Shown piece by piece: positions 9,944 to 19,055 of a stretch of 64,000 bases of DNA. Position numbers and translations under genes: made by a program. The DNA is taken from positions 1 through 64,000 of the forward strand of contig CAZFJK010000002.1 in assembly GCA_964519225.1 (NCBI GenBank), written 5' to 3'. Source of the DNA: an uncultured Methanosarcinales archaeon (GTDB lineage: Archaea; Nanobdellota; Nanobdellia; Woesearchaeales; B54-G15). The notes under the pieces were generated by a model, which saw only the letters and a program-made list of their open reading frames with translations, was not told the origin of the DNA and searched no databases. Within the stretch, counting starts at the first letter, position 1. Each line of letters begins with the position of its first letter.

Positions 9944-10666
9944 CTATTTAATTTCGTAAAAAGAAAGCATCTCTTCTTCAACAAAATGGAGTTTTCCAGG
10001 AATAACTAAACAATAAGGTGGTTTCCCAAAATCAATAGATCTTAGCTTGTTAAGATTGGCATAAACGATTCTATAATCAGGGCAGCCAATTCTTGCACAG
10101 CCCAAAGCTTTTGTTTTCGGCGAGATTCCTTTTTTGATTAAATAGTCACATGCTTCTGCTATGGCTAGGAAGCGATTATTTTCTGGGTCTAGATCAAGAA
10201 GGAAAAGTGTATGCAAGCCAAGTTGTTGGTTTTGCTTTAGCACTTTAATTGGATAGTCAGTTTCATGAAACGGTATTGATGCTGTTCTGCCAAATTTGTA
10301 AAGTTCCAATCCTGTTATGCCTATGGCTGTTAGGACTGACGCATTATGTATTACTTGAACTTCAACATTTTGTTTTTTAGCCTCAAGAAATAAAGTTATA
10401 TGTGTTGTTGCAGAAAAAACATCTCCGGTGATGAGCAGAGCAATGTTTTTTTCTTTAGCTTTTTTTATTAACTCGTGACTTTCGACAAGTTTTCTATTTG
10501 CAGGCATAATCCGTTTGCCTGTTATTTTTTCTAAAGCTTCTTTGCTACATTGAAGGATAGAAGTATAATTTTCGAGAAAAACCTCGTCGCAATTTTTAAT
10601 GGCTTTAATGGCTTCCAAGGTTAAGTTTTTTTCATTGCAGAGTCCAATGCCAATGAGACAGAGCAT
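9944..10666 (-). CDS. dph5: Diphthine synthase
   Basis: LIGIGL, FLENYTS, GDVFSATTH, GLELYKFG, GLHTLFLLD, LHFVEEE. Confidence 0.95.
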   Translation of the reverse strand: MLCLIGIGLCNEKNLTLEAIKAIKNCDEVFLENYTSILQCSKEALEKITGKRIMPANRKLVESHELIKKAKEKNIALLITGDVFSATTHITLFLEAKKQNVEVQVIHNASVLTAIGITGLELYKFGRTASIPFHETDYPIKVLKQNQQLGLHTLFLLDLDPENNRFLAIAEACDYLIKKGISPKTKALGCARIGCPDYRIVYANLNKLRSIDFGKPPYCLVIPGKLHFVEEEMLSFYEIK

Positions 10667-10748
10667 TTTTCATTAAAGTTTTAATTAAAAGTATATTTTC
10701 TAATCAAGAAAAGTTTATATAGAAGTTAGGTTTTTAAATTTAACGTTA

Positions 10749-10849
10749 AGGCGGTTTAGAATTAGTTTTTAGGCGGTTTTAGTTCAAGGCGGTTTTAAGG
10801 CGGAACTTGACGAATTCTTGTTAAGGTTAGTTAGTTGCATAAGGCGGTT
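10749..10849 (+). repeat. Five direct copies of AGGCGG(TT) in the dph5/ftsZ divergent promoter region
   Basis: Copies start at 10749, 10771, 10787, 10798 and 10842, upstream of a TATA-like TATATAAA near 10877. Confidence 0.75.
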
Positions 10850-10943
10850 AGTTCTAAGAGTAAAAAGACAAAGTAGTATATAAACATTTGTGTTGAGAAA
10901 ACAATATATTACAAAAAACAAAACAAAAAAGGAGGTAAACAAA

Positions 10944-12008
10944 ATGGAATTTATTGTGGAAAACGCCATGCAAAACATGCCAAAATATGAAAATATCGAG
11001 GTTGGACAAGCAAACATAAAAGTAGTTGGAATCGGGGGTGCTGGCAACAACATGGTTGGGTGGCTTTATAACAAAGGAGTAAAAGGAGCTGAAATTGTTG
11101 CTGTAAATACAGACAAACAACATCTTGATGTTACTGATGCTGATAGAAAGATCATTATTGGAAGAGAACTTACTAGAGGTCTTGGCTGTGGAGGCTTTCC
11201 TGAAAAAGGAGCTCAAGCGGCACAAGAAAGCGTGCAGGAATTAAAGGATGTGCTAAAAGGAAGTGATATGGTTTTTGTTTGCGCTGGGGAAGGCGGCGGC
11301 ACAGGAACTGGAGCTGCACCAGTAGTAGCTCAAGTAGCTCGCGATGCCGGAGCTATTGTTATTGGCACTGTAACAATGCCTTTTAACATTGAAAGGGCAC
11401 GTTGCGATAAAGCTGAATTTGGATTACAGCAGTTAAGGCAGGTTTGCGATACCGTTATTGTGATCGATAATAACAGGCTTGTTCAAATCGCAGGCAATCT
11501 GCCAATAAGACAGGCATTTGCTGTTGCTAATGAGTTAATAGCAACAATGATTAAAGGCATAGTTGAAACTATCGCTGTTCCGAGTTTGGTTAATCTTGAC
11601 TATGCTGATGTGAAAGCAATTATGACTAATGGCGGAGTTGCTGCTATTGGTGTTGGAAGCAGCGACACAAATAATAGGGTTGAGGAAGCTGTTAGGGGCG
11701 CTTTAACAAATCCCTTGCTTGATATAAGTTATGAAGGCGCTACTGGTGCATTGATTCATGTCATTGGCGGACCTGACATGACTTTAGATGAAGTTAATAG
11801 AATTGGTGAGCTTGTTACAGAAACGCTCGATCCTGATGCAAATGTTATTTGGGGAGCAAGAATTGATGAGAATATGAAAGGAAAACTTACTGTTATGACT
11901 ATAATAACTGGTGTAAAATCGCCATGGATTTTAGGAAAAATCGATTATAGAAATCCAAGTCCACAAACAAAGAGACTAAGCGAAGAACTTGGAATAAAAC
12001 TTGTGTAG
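10944..12008 (+). CDS. ftsZ: Cell division protein FtsZ (FtsZ2-like)
   Basis: [15 protein letters not shown] tubulin signature, NLDYADV; SD GGAGGT at 10931; N-terminus MEFIVENA and C-terminus resemble euryarchaeal FtsZ2. Confidence 0.96.
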   Translation: MEFIVENAMQNMPKYENIEVGQANIKVVGIGGAGNNMVGWLYNKGVKGAEIVAVNTDKQHLDVTDADRKIIIGRELTRGLGCGGFPEKGAQAAQESVQELKDVLKGSDMVFVCAGEGGGTGTGAAPVVAQVARDAGAIVIGTVTMPFNIERARCDKAEFGLQQLRQVCDTVIVIDNNRLVQIAGNLPIRQAFAVANELIATMIKGIVETIAVPSLVNLDYADVKAIMTNGGVAAIGVGSSDTNNRVEEAVRGALTNPLLDISYEGATGALIHVIGGPDMTLDEVNRIGELVTETLDPDANVIWGARIDENMKGKLTVMTIITGVKSPWILGKIDYRNPSPQTKRLSEELGIKLV

Positions 12009-12049
12009 GTGATGTTCAGCTAGTTCTGAACCACCACCCCCAACAGCCG

Positions 12050-12081
12050 CCCTGCCCGGCTTTGGGCAGGGTTTATTTTTT
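12050..12081 (+). terminator. GC-rich hairpin followed by a T-tract after ftsZ
   Basis: CCCTGCCC-GGCTTT-GGGCAGGG then TTTATTTTTT, between convergent genes. Confidence 0.6.
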
Positions 12082-12702
12082 GATTTTTCTTTTCGCTTTT
12101 TCTAGTTGCTTTTTAACTGCTTCTCTGAGGACTTGACCATAATAACCGAATACAGCTGGTTTGTTTTTTAGGCTTTCTTTCCATTTGTTGAAATAAGTTA
12201 CTTGCTCGACTTTATCGCGTTCTGTTTCAGCAGGAGATTCGTCCGGATAGCCTATCGGAACTATTGCTTGAGGTCTTGCTTCATCAAGCTTTATGTCAAG
12301 GATTTTAGCAATGAGTTCTTCATCAAAAGCACCGACCCAGCAAGCTCCAAGGCCAAGGGCATGAGCTGCTAAAAGCATGTTTTGTATGGCGGCTGCGCAA
12401 TTTTGAATTGCATACAATCTTTTTCCTCGCAGTCCGTAGAAACGTTCTACTTTTCCTTCGAGAGAGCATACCACTATCAAAACAGGAGCTGTTTCAAGCC
12501 AGTATTGTTCAAGTGCGGCTTCTGCTATTTTGTGCTTTAGTGCAGAATCTGTTACTATGATAAAACGCCAATTTTGTAGGTTTCCACTGCTAGGCGCATG
12601 AGTTGCTGCTTCGATGATTTTGTATAGCATATCCCAAGGGATCTCTCTGTCGAGGAATTTTCTAATAGAATGTCTTGTTTTGATACAATCAAGAGCCTCC
12701 AT
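12073..12702 (-). CDS. Nitroreductase family protein
   Basis: RHSIRKF, APSSGNLQNWRF, QNMLLAAHALGLGACWVG; start at MEALD. Confidence 0.93.
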   Translation of the reverse strand: MEALDCIKTRHSIRKFLDREIPWDMLYKIIEAATHAPSSGNLQNWRFIIVTDSALKHKIAEAALEQYWLETAPVLIVVCSLEGKVERFYGLRGKRLYAIQNCAAAIQNMLLAAHALGLGACWVGAFDEELIAKILDIKLDEARPQAIVPIGYPDESPAETERDKVEQVTYFNKWKESLKNKPAVFGYYGQVLREAVKKQLEKAKRKIKK

Positions 12703-12775
12703 AAAATAGAGTTTGTTTATGCAAAATAAAAAGATTGTGGAAAATTTTTTTAATTTTTTTAGTACTTTGCTATGT

Positions 12776-13375
12776 ATGAAAAGGCCTCTGTTTGTTTCTT
12801 TTAGTGGAACGCACTGTGTTGGAAAAAGCACATTACTCAAAGAGGTTGCAAATCAATTGAGAAGAAAAGGGTATTCTGTAATAGAAGTTGAAGAGTATGC
12901 AAGAAAAGTTCCGAGAGAATTTCATGGGACTTTAAGAGGCCAACAATTAATGTTTGAAGTTTTGAAAAAAGAACTTATTAAAGCTTCTATGGAGGACGCT
13001 GATATTGTTTTGATTGATAGATCTCCTGTAGATATTATTTATTATATTTTGTTTTTTGCATGCGCCAAACAGTGGAACGTTGAAGAAATAAAAAGCTCAA
13101 TTAAATCTCTGAAAGAGGCTTCTGAGCTTATTTCTAAGTTTGATTTACTTTTTTACATCGACGGCGTTGACGCAATTAATATTGTTGATGATGGTTTTAG
13201 GTTTACTGATGAGCATAGCAGGCATGCTGTTGATCTAATTGCAAAAAGTTTCTATATCTTTGCAAGGAATCTCGGATTCATAAAGATAAAACAAAAAGCA
13301 AATGCTGTAGCAGAGACCGCTAACAAGATAATTGATTTGATAGAATCTAAAATTAGAAACAAATCAAAGAAGTGA
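12776..13375 (+). CDS. P-loop nucleotide kinase-like protein (NadR/Ttd14 or thymidylate-kinase-like)
   Basis: Walker A GTHCVGKST, EYAR, IDRSPVD, DDGFR. Confidence 0.75.
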   Translation: MKRPLFVSFSGTHCVGKSTLLKEVANQLRRKGYSVIEVEEYARKVPREFHGTLRGQQLMFEVLKKELIKASMEDADIVLIDRSPVDIIYYILFFACAKQWNVEEIKSSIKSLKEASELISKFDLLFYIDGVDAINIVDDGFRFTDEHSRHAVDLIAKSFYIFARNLGFIKIKQKANAVAETANKIIDLIESKIRNKSKK

Positions 13376-13408
13376 AGATTTAAAAAATCATTTTTAATTT
13401 TAGTTATT

Positions 13409-15166
13409 ATGCTATATTCAAAATTCGTTGAGACCCTTGAGAAGTTAAGTTTTACCTCTAAGAGGCTGGAGAAAACAAATATTATAGCCGAGCTTTTTAA
13501 GAAAGTTCCTTTAGAACTTATTAGCAAAGTAACGCTTTTGCTTACAGGACGTGTTTTTCCAAGTTGGGATGAGCATGAGCTTGGCATTTCTGACAGGTTG
13601 ATTATAAGAGCCATATCTTTGGCTGCAGGAATTTCTCAAGATGAGATTGAAAAGCTTTGGAAGCAGCTTGGTGATCTTGGAAAGGTTGCTGAGCAATGTA
13701 TTGATTTGAAAAAACAAAGCACTCTGTTTTCAGTACCATTAACTGTTTCTAAGGTTTTTGAAAATCTGCGAAAAACAGCTTTGGTTGAAGGCGAAGGTGC
13801 TATGGACATGAAAATAAAACTGATAGCTGAATTACTTACTAGTGCAACACCAAGGGAAGCAAGATATGTTGTGAGAACTGTACTTGGTGATCTGAGAATT
13901 GGTATCGGTGAAGGCATTCTGCGAGACGCGCTTGTTTGGGCTTGTTTTAAAGAAAAGATTGGATTTAGTTATGATGCCGTTAAGAATGAATTGGTTTTTC
14001 AAGACGATGATGGAAGGCAAAGGTATAATGAATATGTTGAACTTGTTCAAAGAGCTTATGATTTAACAAATGATTTTGCAGTTGTTGCAGAAAAGGCTTT
14101 TGCCGGTGAAAATGCTTTGAAGAAAACAAGCGTAGAGATTGGAAAGCCGTTAAAGGTTATGCTTTTTCAAAAAGCAAAGGATATAGAAGATGGGTTTTCG
14201 ATTGTTGGAAAGCCGTGTGCGTGCGAATACAAGTATGACGGTTTTAGATTGCAGATTCATAAATCAGGCGATAAGATTTGGCTTTATACAAGACGCCTTG
14301 AAAATGTAACGAAACAGTTTCCTGATGTTATTGCTGTGATCAAAGAGCACATAAAGGCAGATAATTTTATTCTGGACGCTGAAGTGATTGGATTTGATCC
14401 AAAGACAGGAAAGTGGTTGCCTTTTCAGCAGATTTCTCATAGAATAAAGAGGAAGTATGGTATTGCTGAAATGTTAAAAGAAATTCCTGTTATTGTTAAT
14501 GTGTTTGATGCTATTATGATCAATAGAAAGATTTTGATTGCACTGCCTTTTTCAGAACGGAGGAAATTGATTGAAAGCATTATTGAACAGAAAAAAGACA
14601 AAATAGGAGTAGCAAAACAGATAATAGCAAATTCGATTGCTGAGGTAAAGCGGTTTTATGAAGAAGCTTTAAGCCTTGGTAATGAAGGAATAATGATGAA
14701 AAATTTGAATGCTCCTTATAAGCCTGGAAGCAGGGTCGGTTATGGAGTTAAGCTCAAACCTGTTATGGAAACTCTTGACTTGGCTATAGTTGGTGCTGAG
14801 TGGGGCGAGGGCAAAAGGGCTAACTGGCTTAGCAGTTTTGTTCTTGCTTGTAGAGATGCTGATGGAAATCTTTTAACTATAGGAAAGATGGGAACAGGAA
14901 TAAAGGAGAAAAGCGAAGAAGGAATAAGTTTTGAACATTTGACGAATTTGCTAAAGCCGTATATCGTTGAAGAGAAAGGGAAAGAAGTGAAGATAAAACC
15001 AGCCATTGTTGTTGAAGTGAATTATGAAGAAATACAGAAAAGTCCAACCTACAGCAGTGGATTTGCATTGCGTTTTCCAAGGTTTGTTAGGATAAGGGAA
15101 GATAAAAGTGTTGAAGAGATAAGCACAATTGAAGATGTAAAAAAATTATTTGCTGAGCAAAGATAA
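13409..15166 (+). CDS. lig: ATP-dependent DNA ligase
   Basis: EYKYDGFR adenylation motif, LDAE, EGIMMK, ALRFPRF..IREDK. Confidence 0.97.
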   Translation: MLYSKFVETLEKLSFTSKRLEKTNIIAELFKKVPLELISKVTLLLTGRVFPSWDEHELGISDRLIIRAISLAAGISQDEIEKLWKQLGDLGKVAEQCIDLKKQSTLFSVPLTVSKVFENLRKTALVEGEGAMDMKIKLIAELLTSATPREARYVVRTVLGDLRIGIGEGILRDALVWACFKEKIGFSYDAVKNELVFQDDDGRQRYNEYVELVQRAYDLTNDFAVVAEKAFAGENALKKTSVEIGKPLKVMLFQKAKDIEDGFSIVGKPCACEYKYDGFRLQIHKSGDKIWLYTRRLENVTKQFPDVIAVIKEHIKADNFILDAEVIGFDPKTGKWLPFQQISHRIKRKYGIAEMLKEIPVIVNVFDAIMINRKILIALPFSERRKLIESIIEQKKDKIGVAKQIIANSIAEVKRFYEEALSLGNEGIMMKNLNAPYKPGSRVGYGVKLKPVMETLDLAIVGAEWGEGKRANWLSSFVLACRDADGNLLTIGKMGTGIKEKSEEGISFEHLTNLLKPYIVEEKGKEVKIKPAIVVEVNYEEIQKSPTYSSGFALRFPRFVRIREDKSVEEISTIEDVKKLFAEQR

Positions 15167-16183
15167 TTAGAACTCTTCTTCGTCTTCGCTATTTTGTTGC
15201 TCAGTCTCCAACCATTCGAGTTGTTTTTTATAACCCGTGTAACAAAGATGGTCCATCCAATTCTTTTCTTCATCAGCTGCTTTCTTAAAGCGATCTTTTA
15301 TTTCTTGCGGTATTTGCTCACAGATGTCTCTCTCGTCTTCGGAAAAAGTTTTGTTCTTTGGTCCTAAAATAACAGACTTATGGTAATCTAGAAAGACGGT
15401 GATTTTCCTGGTATTTAATTGGACAGCACTTTCTTTGATTGGAGGTAATTTGCGCATGTCTGGATCCTCACTCATATAAAAGAGGCGATATCCTTTACTT
15501 TGAAGATCTTTTACTATAACTGACATAACCTCAAAATAAGTGATTATTCCTGATGAGCTTAATTTTTCTTTGCCCCTTTCAACTAAATCAACTTTTTTAA
15601 GAAGGATTTCTTTAACTACTTCTGAAATGTCTTTTTTGAATTCTTTTTCATTTGGAGGCTTTCCCTTTCCCTCGTAGATGAACAAGAAGATACTCGCTTC
15701 TTCGTAATCTCCGAAAATTAGTTCATAGATTGGAGAACATGCTTCTTTTGTTGCTGTCTTTGCCATTACAATCTTGGTTGTTATAGTTTTCCTTAACTTC
15801 TCCTCTCCGTTATCTTCTTTAAGAAAGCTTAAATCTAGGGAATAAGGAATTTTTACTTCTATTCTGTTGGCTGGTGTTATTATAATCTGCTCTGATGCTG
15901 GCTNNNNNNNNNNCTGCAGTGGTGATTGGTGAATCAAGAGATAATCTTTTTCTTCGATGAGGATTTCAATCGCATGTTCGACCAGGTCAGCTGCTCTTGT
16001 TCCTTCCTGTTCACAACTTTGATATGCGCGAGAAAAAGCTGAAATGATGTCATCTAAGAATTTCTCTTTTTTTGGAAATCCGCCTTTTTTAGGACAATAC
16101 CCGAGGACATACTCCAATCTGGTCTCAGGACCTTCCAGTTCTATGCAATATATGGGCGATGAGCAGATTTGGTTCATAATCAA
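15167..16183 (-). CDS. Hypothetical protein with an internally duplicated domain (spans a 10-N gap; frame across the gap unverified)
   Basis: SPIY...PKKEKFLDDI...EKDYLL repeats as SPIY...PNEKEFKKDI...SKGYRL. Confidence 0.55.
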   Translation of the reverse strand: MIMNQICSSPIYCIELEGPETRLEYVLGYCPKKGGFPKKEKFLDDIISAFSRAYQSCEQEGTRAADLVEHAIEILIEEKDYLLIHQSPLQXXXXPASEQIIITPANRIEVKIPYSLDLSFLKEDNGEEKLRKTITTKIVMAKTATKEACSPIYELIFGDYEEASIFLFIYEGKGKPPNEKEFKKDISEVVKEILLKKVDLVERGKEKLSSSGIITYFEVMSVIVKDLQSKGYRLFYMSEDPDMRKLPPIKESAVQLNTRKITVFLDYHKSVILGPKNKTFSEDERDICEQIPQEIKDRFKKAADEEKNWMDHLCYTGYKKQLEWLETEQQNSEDEEEF

Positions 16184-16216
16184 TAAGTGTCTTTTATTTA
16201 TTTTTAATTTTTTGGA

Positions 16217-16288
16217 TGCCCCCGCCGGGAATCGAACCCGGGTTTCAGGGTCCGCAACCCTGCGTACTATCCACTATACTACGGGGGC
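16217..16288 (-). tRNA. tRNA-Arg(GCG)
   Basis: Acceptor GCCCCCG/CGGGGGC, anticodon arm CAGGG-TTGCGGA-CCCTG, T arm CCGGG-TTCGATT-CCCGG; 72 nt, no intron. Confidence 0.95.
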
Positions 16289-16346
16289 TTTATTTGAGAT
16301 GTGCCGCAGATTACTTAAATATGTTTTGCTAAGCTAATGCTATAGC

Positions 16347-16688
16347 TTACAAATACTTTACGAATCTGTTTTTCTTGTCAACAAGGATGATTTTAGGTTT
16401 TATCGGTTTGTCCGTTAATTCGAATCCCATTATGATTATCTCTTCTCCTTCTTTGATTAAATGCGAGGCAGCTCCGTTCATACAGATTTTTCCAGAATTC
16501 CTTTCACCAGGAATAATGTATGTTTCTAATCTAGCTCCTGATGTGTTGCTTACAACCAAAACCTTTTCACCGGGCCAAAATCCGGCCTTTTCTATTAAAT
16601 CCTCATCTATCGTAATGCTTCCTATGTAATTGAGATTTGTTTCAGTTACTGTCGCTTTATGAATTTTTGATCTCAGCACGAATCTCAT
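16347..16688 (-). CDS. panD: Pyruvoyl-dependent aspartate 1-decarboxylase
   Basis: SKIHKATVT..NLNYIG/SITID self-cleavage site, GARLETY, ICMNGAA. Confidence 0.95.
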   Translation of the reverse strand: MRFVLRSKIHKATVTETNLNYIGSITIDEDLIEKAGFWPGEKVLVVSNTSGARLETYIIPGERNSGKICMNGAASHLIKEGEEIIIMGFELTDKPIKPKIILVDKKNRFVKYL

Positions 16689-16746
16689 AGCTAATTTTTT
16701 AAAAATTTGAATTTTATTAAGTTTTTGACCAAAAAAAGAGATAAGA

Positions 16747-17154
16747 ATGAGAGGCATTTATGTTTTGCTTATTGGAATAAACAAAGATATTCAGAGAAGG
16801 ATAGGTTCCTTGGGAGAAGTTTATTTTAGCAGAGGAATTTATGCCTATGTTGGTTCTGCGCAAAACAATTTAGAGAAAAGAATTGCAAGGCACACTGCAA
16901 AAAGAAAAAAGAAGTTTTGGCATATCGATTACTTGCTCGACAGCGCATCTGCAAGAATCTTAAAAGTATTTTATAAAGAGGCGGGAAAAGAAGAAGAATG
17001 CAGGACGGCAAAAAAGTTAAGCGAAAAAGGAAGAGCGATTTCAGGATTCGGCGCTTCTGATTGCAACTGCAAGAGCCATTTATTTCAAATCAAGTGCGAA
17101 AAAGATATTTTGGATCTGGACATGAAGGAGCTGAAAAGCAGGCGTAATATTTAA
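16747..17154 (+). CDS. GIY-YIG (DUF123/Uri) family endonuclease
   Basis: GIYVL...YAYVGSA, RIARH, WHIDYLL, GFGASDCNCKSHLF. Confidence 0.9.
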   Translation: MRGIYVLLIGINKDIQRRIGSLGEVYFSRGIYAYVGSAQNNLEKRIARHTAKRKKKFWHIDYLLDSASARILKVFYKEAGKEEECRTAKKLSEKGRAISGFGASDCNCKSHLFQIKCEKDILDLDMKELKSRRNI

Positions 17155-17197
17155 AAACAATCAATGAAAAAAAATTTTGGTTTTCTAGGTGATTAAA

Positions 17198-18547
17198 ATG
17201 AAAGTCGTTGAGTTAAGAGAGTTTGAAAGGGTTGCTGCACATTCACATATTACAGGTCTCGGCTTAGACGGCTTAAAAGCAAAAAAGATCGGCGACGGTT
17301 TTGTCGGGCAGGAAGAAGCAAGAGAAGCAGCTGGTTTAATTGTTAGATTAATAAAGCAAGGAAAATTTGCCGGAAGGGCAGTGCTGATAGCAGGACCGCC
17401 AGGAACAGGAAAGAGCGCTTTGGCTTTAGGTATAGCAAAAGAGCTTGGTAAAGATGTTCCTTTTGTTCATATCGCGGGAAGCGAGATCTTCTCGGCAGAG
17501 ATAAAGAAAACAGAATTCTTGATGCAGGCATTAAGAAAAGCAATAGGGGTAAGAATTCATGAAATGAGAAAAATCTACGAGGGAAAAGTCGTTGACCTGC
17601 ATATCGATAAAGAACAGAATCCCTACAATCCATATCAATACTTGCCTGCTGGTGCAAGCATAACGCTGAAAACAAGAAAGGATAAAAAACGCTTGAATGT
17701 TGATCAGAGTTTTGCTATGCAGATCATTCAGCAAAATATTCAGGAAGGAGATGTCGTGCAGATAGATCCTGAAAGCGGCAGGATCATTAAGGTTGGAAGA
17801 TCAGAGGATGAAGGTAAAAAAGAGGATTACATTGCTGCCGAAGCCTATGTTCCTGTTCCTGAAGGAAATGTCATGAAAGAAAAGGAATTTGTCTATACGA
17901 TGACTTTGCATCAGCTCGACCTGTCCGCTGTTAAGCAATCAACTTCAATATTTGATATGTTCTTTGGCGGAAGGCATGAAGGAGAAATCGACAATGAGGC
18001 AAGAAAACATGTTGATGAAGCAGTAAAAAACATGGTTGAGGAAGGAAAAGCAGAAATTATTCCAGGTGTTATTTTTATAGACGAATGCAGTTTGCTTGAC
18101 ATAGAAACCTTTGCATTTCTTAACAGAGCAATGGAACAAGAACTGGCACCGATTATAATTTTTGCAACAAACAGAGGTATGGCAAAAATAAGAGGAACGG
18201 ATTATAAAGCAGCCCATGCAATGCCGATCGATTTGTTGGATAGGCTTCTGATTATTAATACCAGAAAATACAATGCTGAGGAAATTAAAGAAATCCTGAA
18301 GGTAAGAAGCAAGGTAGAAAAAATCGAATTAAGCAAAGAGGCATTGGATTTGCTTGTAGAAATCGGTAGTAAAACAAGCTTAAGGTATGCTGTTCAGCTC
18401 ATAGCTCCTGCTTCGATGGTAATGCAGGAAGAAGGTAAGAAGCAGATTGAAAAGCGACATATCGAAAAAGCCAGAAAACTCTTTGCTGATGTAAAGCGAA
18501 GCGTAAGATATTTGAAGCAACAAGAAAAAGAATTCTTGGAGTATTAA
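17198..18547 (+). CDS. TIP49/RuvB-like (Rvb1/2 homologue) AAA+ ATPase
   Basis: AAHSHITGLGL, GPPGTGKS, PGVIFIDE, FATNRG, PIDLLDR, SLRYA; SD AGGTGA. Confidence 0.95.
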   Translation: MKVVELREFERVAAHSHITGLGLDGLKAKKIGDGFVGQEEAREAAGLIVRLIKQGKFAGRAVLIAGPPGTGKSALALGIAKELGKDVPFVHIAGSEIFSAEIKKTEFLMQALRKAIGVRIHEMRKIYEGKVVDLHIDKEQNPYNPYQYLPAGASITLKTRKDKKRLNVDQSFAMQIIQQNIQEGDVVQIDPESGRIIKVGRSEDEGKKEDYIAAEAYVPVPEGNVMKEKEFVYTMTLHQLDLSAVKQSTSIFDMFFGGRHEGEIDNEARKHVDEAVKNMVEEGKAEIIPGVIFIDECSLLDIETFAFLNRAMEQELAPIIIFATNRGMAKIRGTDYKAAHAMPIDLLDRLLIINTRKYNAEEIKEILKVRSKVEKIELSKEALDLLVEIGSKTSLRYAVQLIAPASMVMQEEGKKQIEKRHIEKARKLFADVKRSVRYLKQQEKEFLEY

Positions 18548-18592
18548 GGGTTCAAAAACGTTTAAATACTTCTTTTTATTCTTGTTTTTTTG

Positions 18593-19054
18593 ATGAATAA
18601 GAAAGGCATCTCTGCACTGCTTGCAACATTGCTTTTATTAGGCGTTGCAGTTGGCCTTGGTGTGCTTGTAATGAGCTGGGGCAGAGCAATTATTGAAGGT
18701 AATGCTCAATGCAGCGTAAAAAGCGGGTTAAAGATAATTGAACTTGATGGCAAACCTCAAATATGCTATAGTAAAGGAGTGAATGGATTTGTTAGAGTTA
18801 TGGTTGAAAACGGTCCGAATATAGATATTGAAGGCCTAATTTTTAGAATCATCGGAACCAAGGATGTTTATACAACAGAAATACCAACAAAGATAAGACG
18901 CGGACATGCTTTAATGCCGATAATTCCTTATGATTACGATCAATTCGGTGAAATTATTGAAGTTAAGATTACGCCGAGAATAAAGGTTTATGGTGATGAA
19001 ACAGCAATCTGTCCTGAGCAGGCTATAGTACTGACTTCTTTAGAGGAATGCTGA
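18593..19054 (+). CDS. Archaeal type IV pilin-like protein (class III signal peptide)
   Basis: MNKKG/ISALLATLLLLGVAVGLG prepilin-peptidase motif; paired cysteines. Confidence 0.85.
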   Translation: MNKKGISALLATLLLLGVAVGLGVLVMSWGRAIIEGNAQCSVKSGLKIIELDGKPQICYSKGVNGFVRVMVENGPNIDIEGLIFRIIGTKDVYTTEIPTKIRRGHALMPIIPYDYDQFGEIIEVKITPRIKVYGDETAICPEQAIVLTSLEEC

Positions 19055-19055
19055 A

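Noticed and set aside
10749..10849. AGGCGG repeats as CRISPR repeats or canonical ORB origin boxes
   Set aside because: Units are 6-9 bp with irregular spacing, lack the ORB consensus and G-string, and no cdc6/orc1 gene is adjacent.
15167..18547. Integrated element at tRNA-Arg or tRNA-Gln
   Set aside because: No integrase and no duplicated tRNA 3' fragment (att site) was found by eye.
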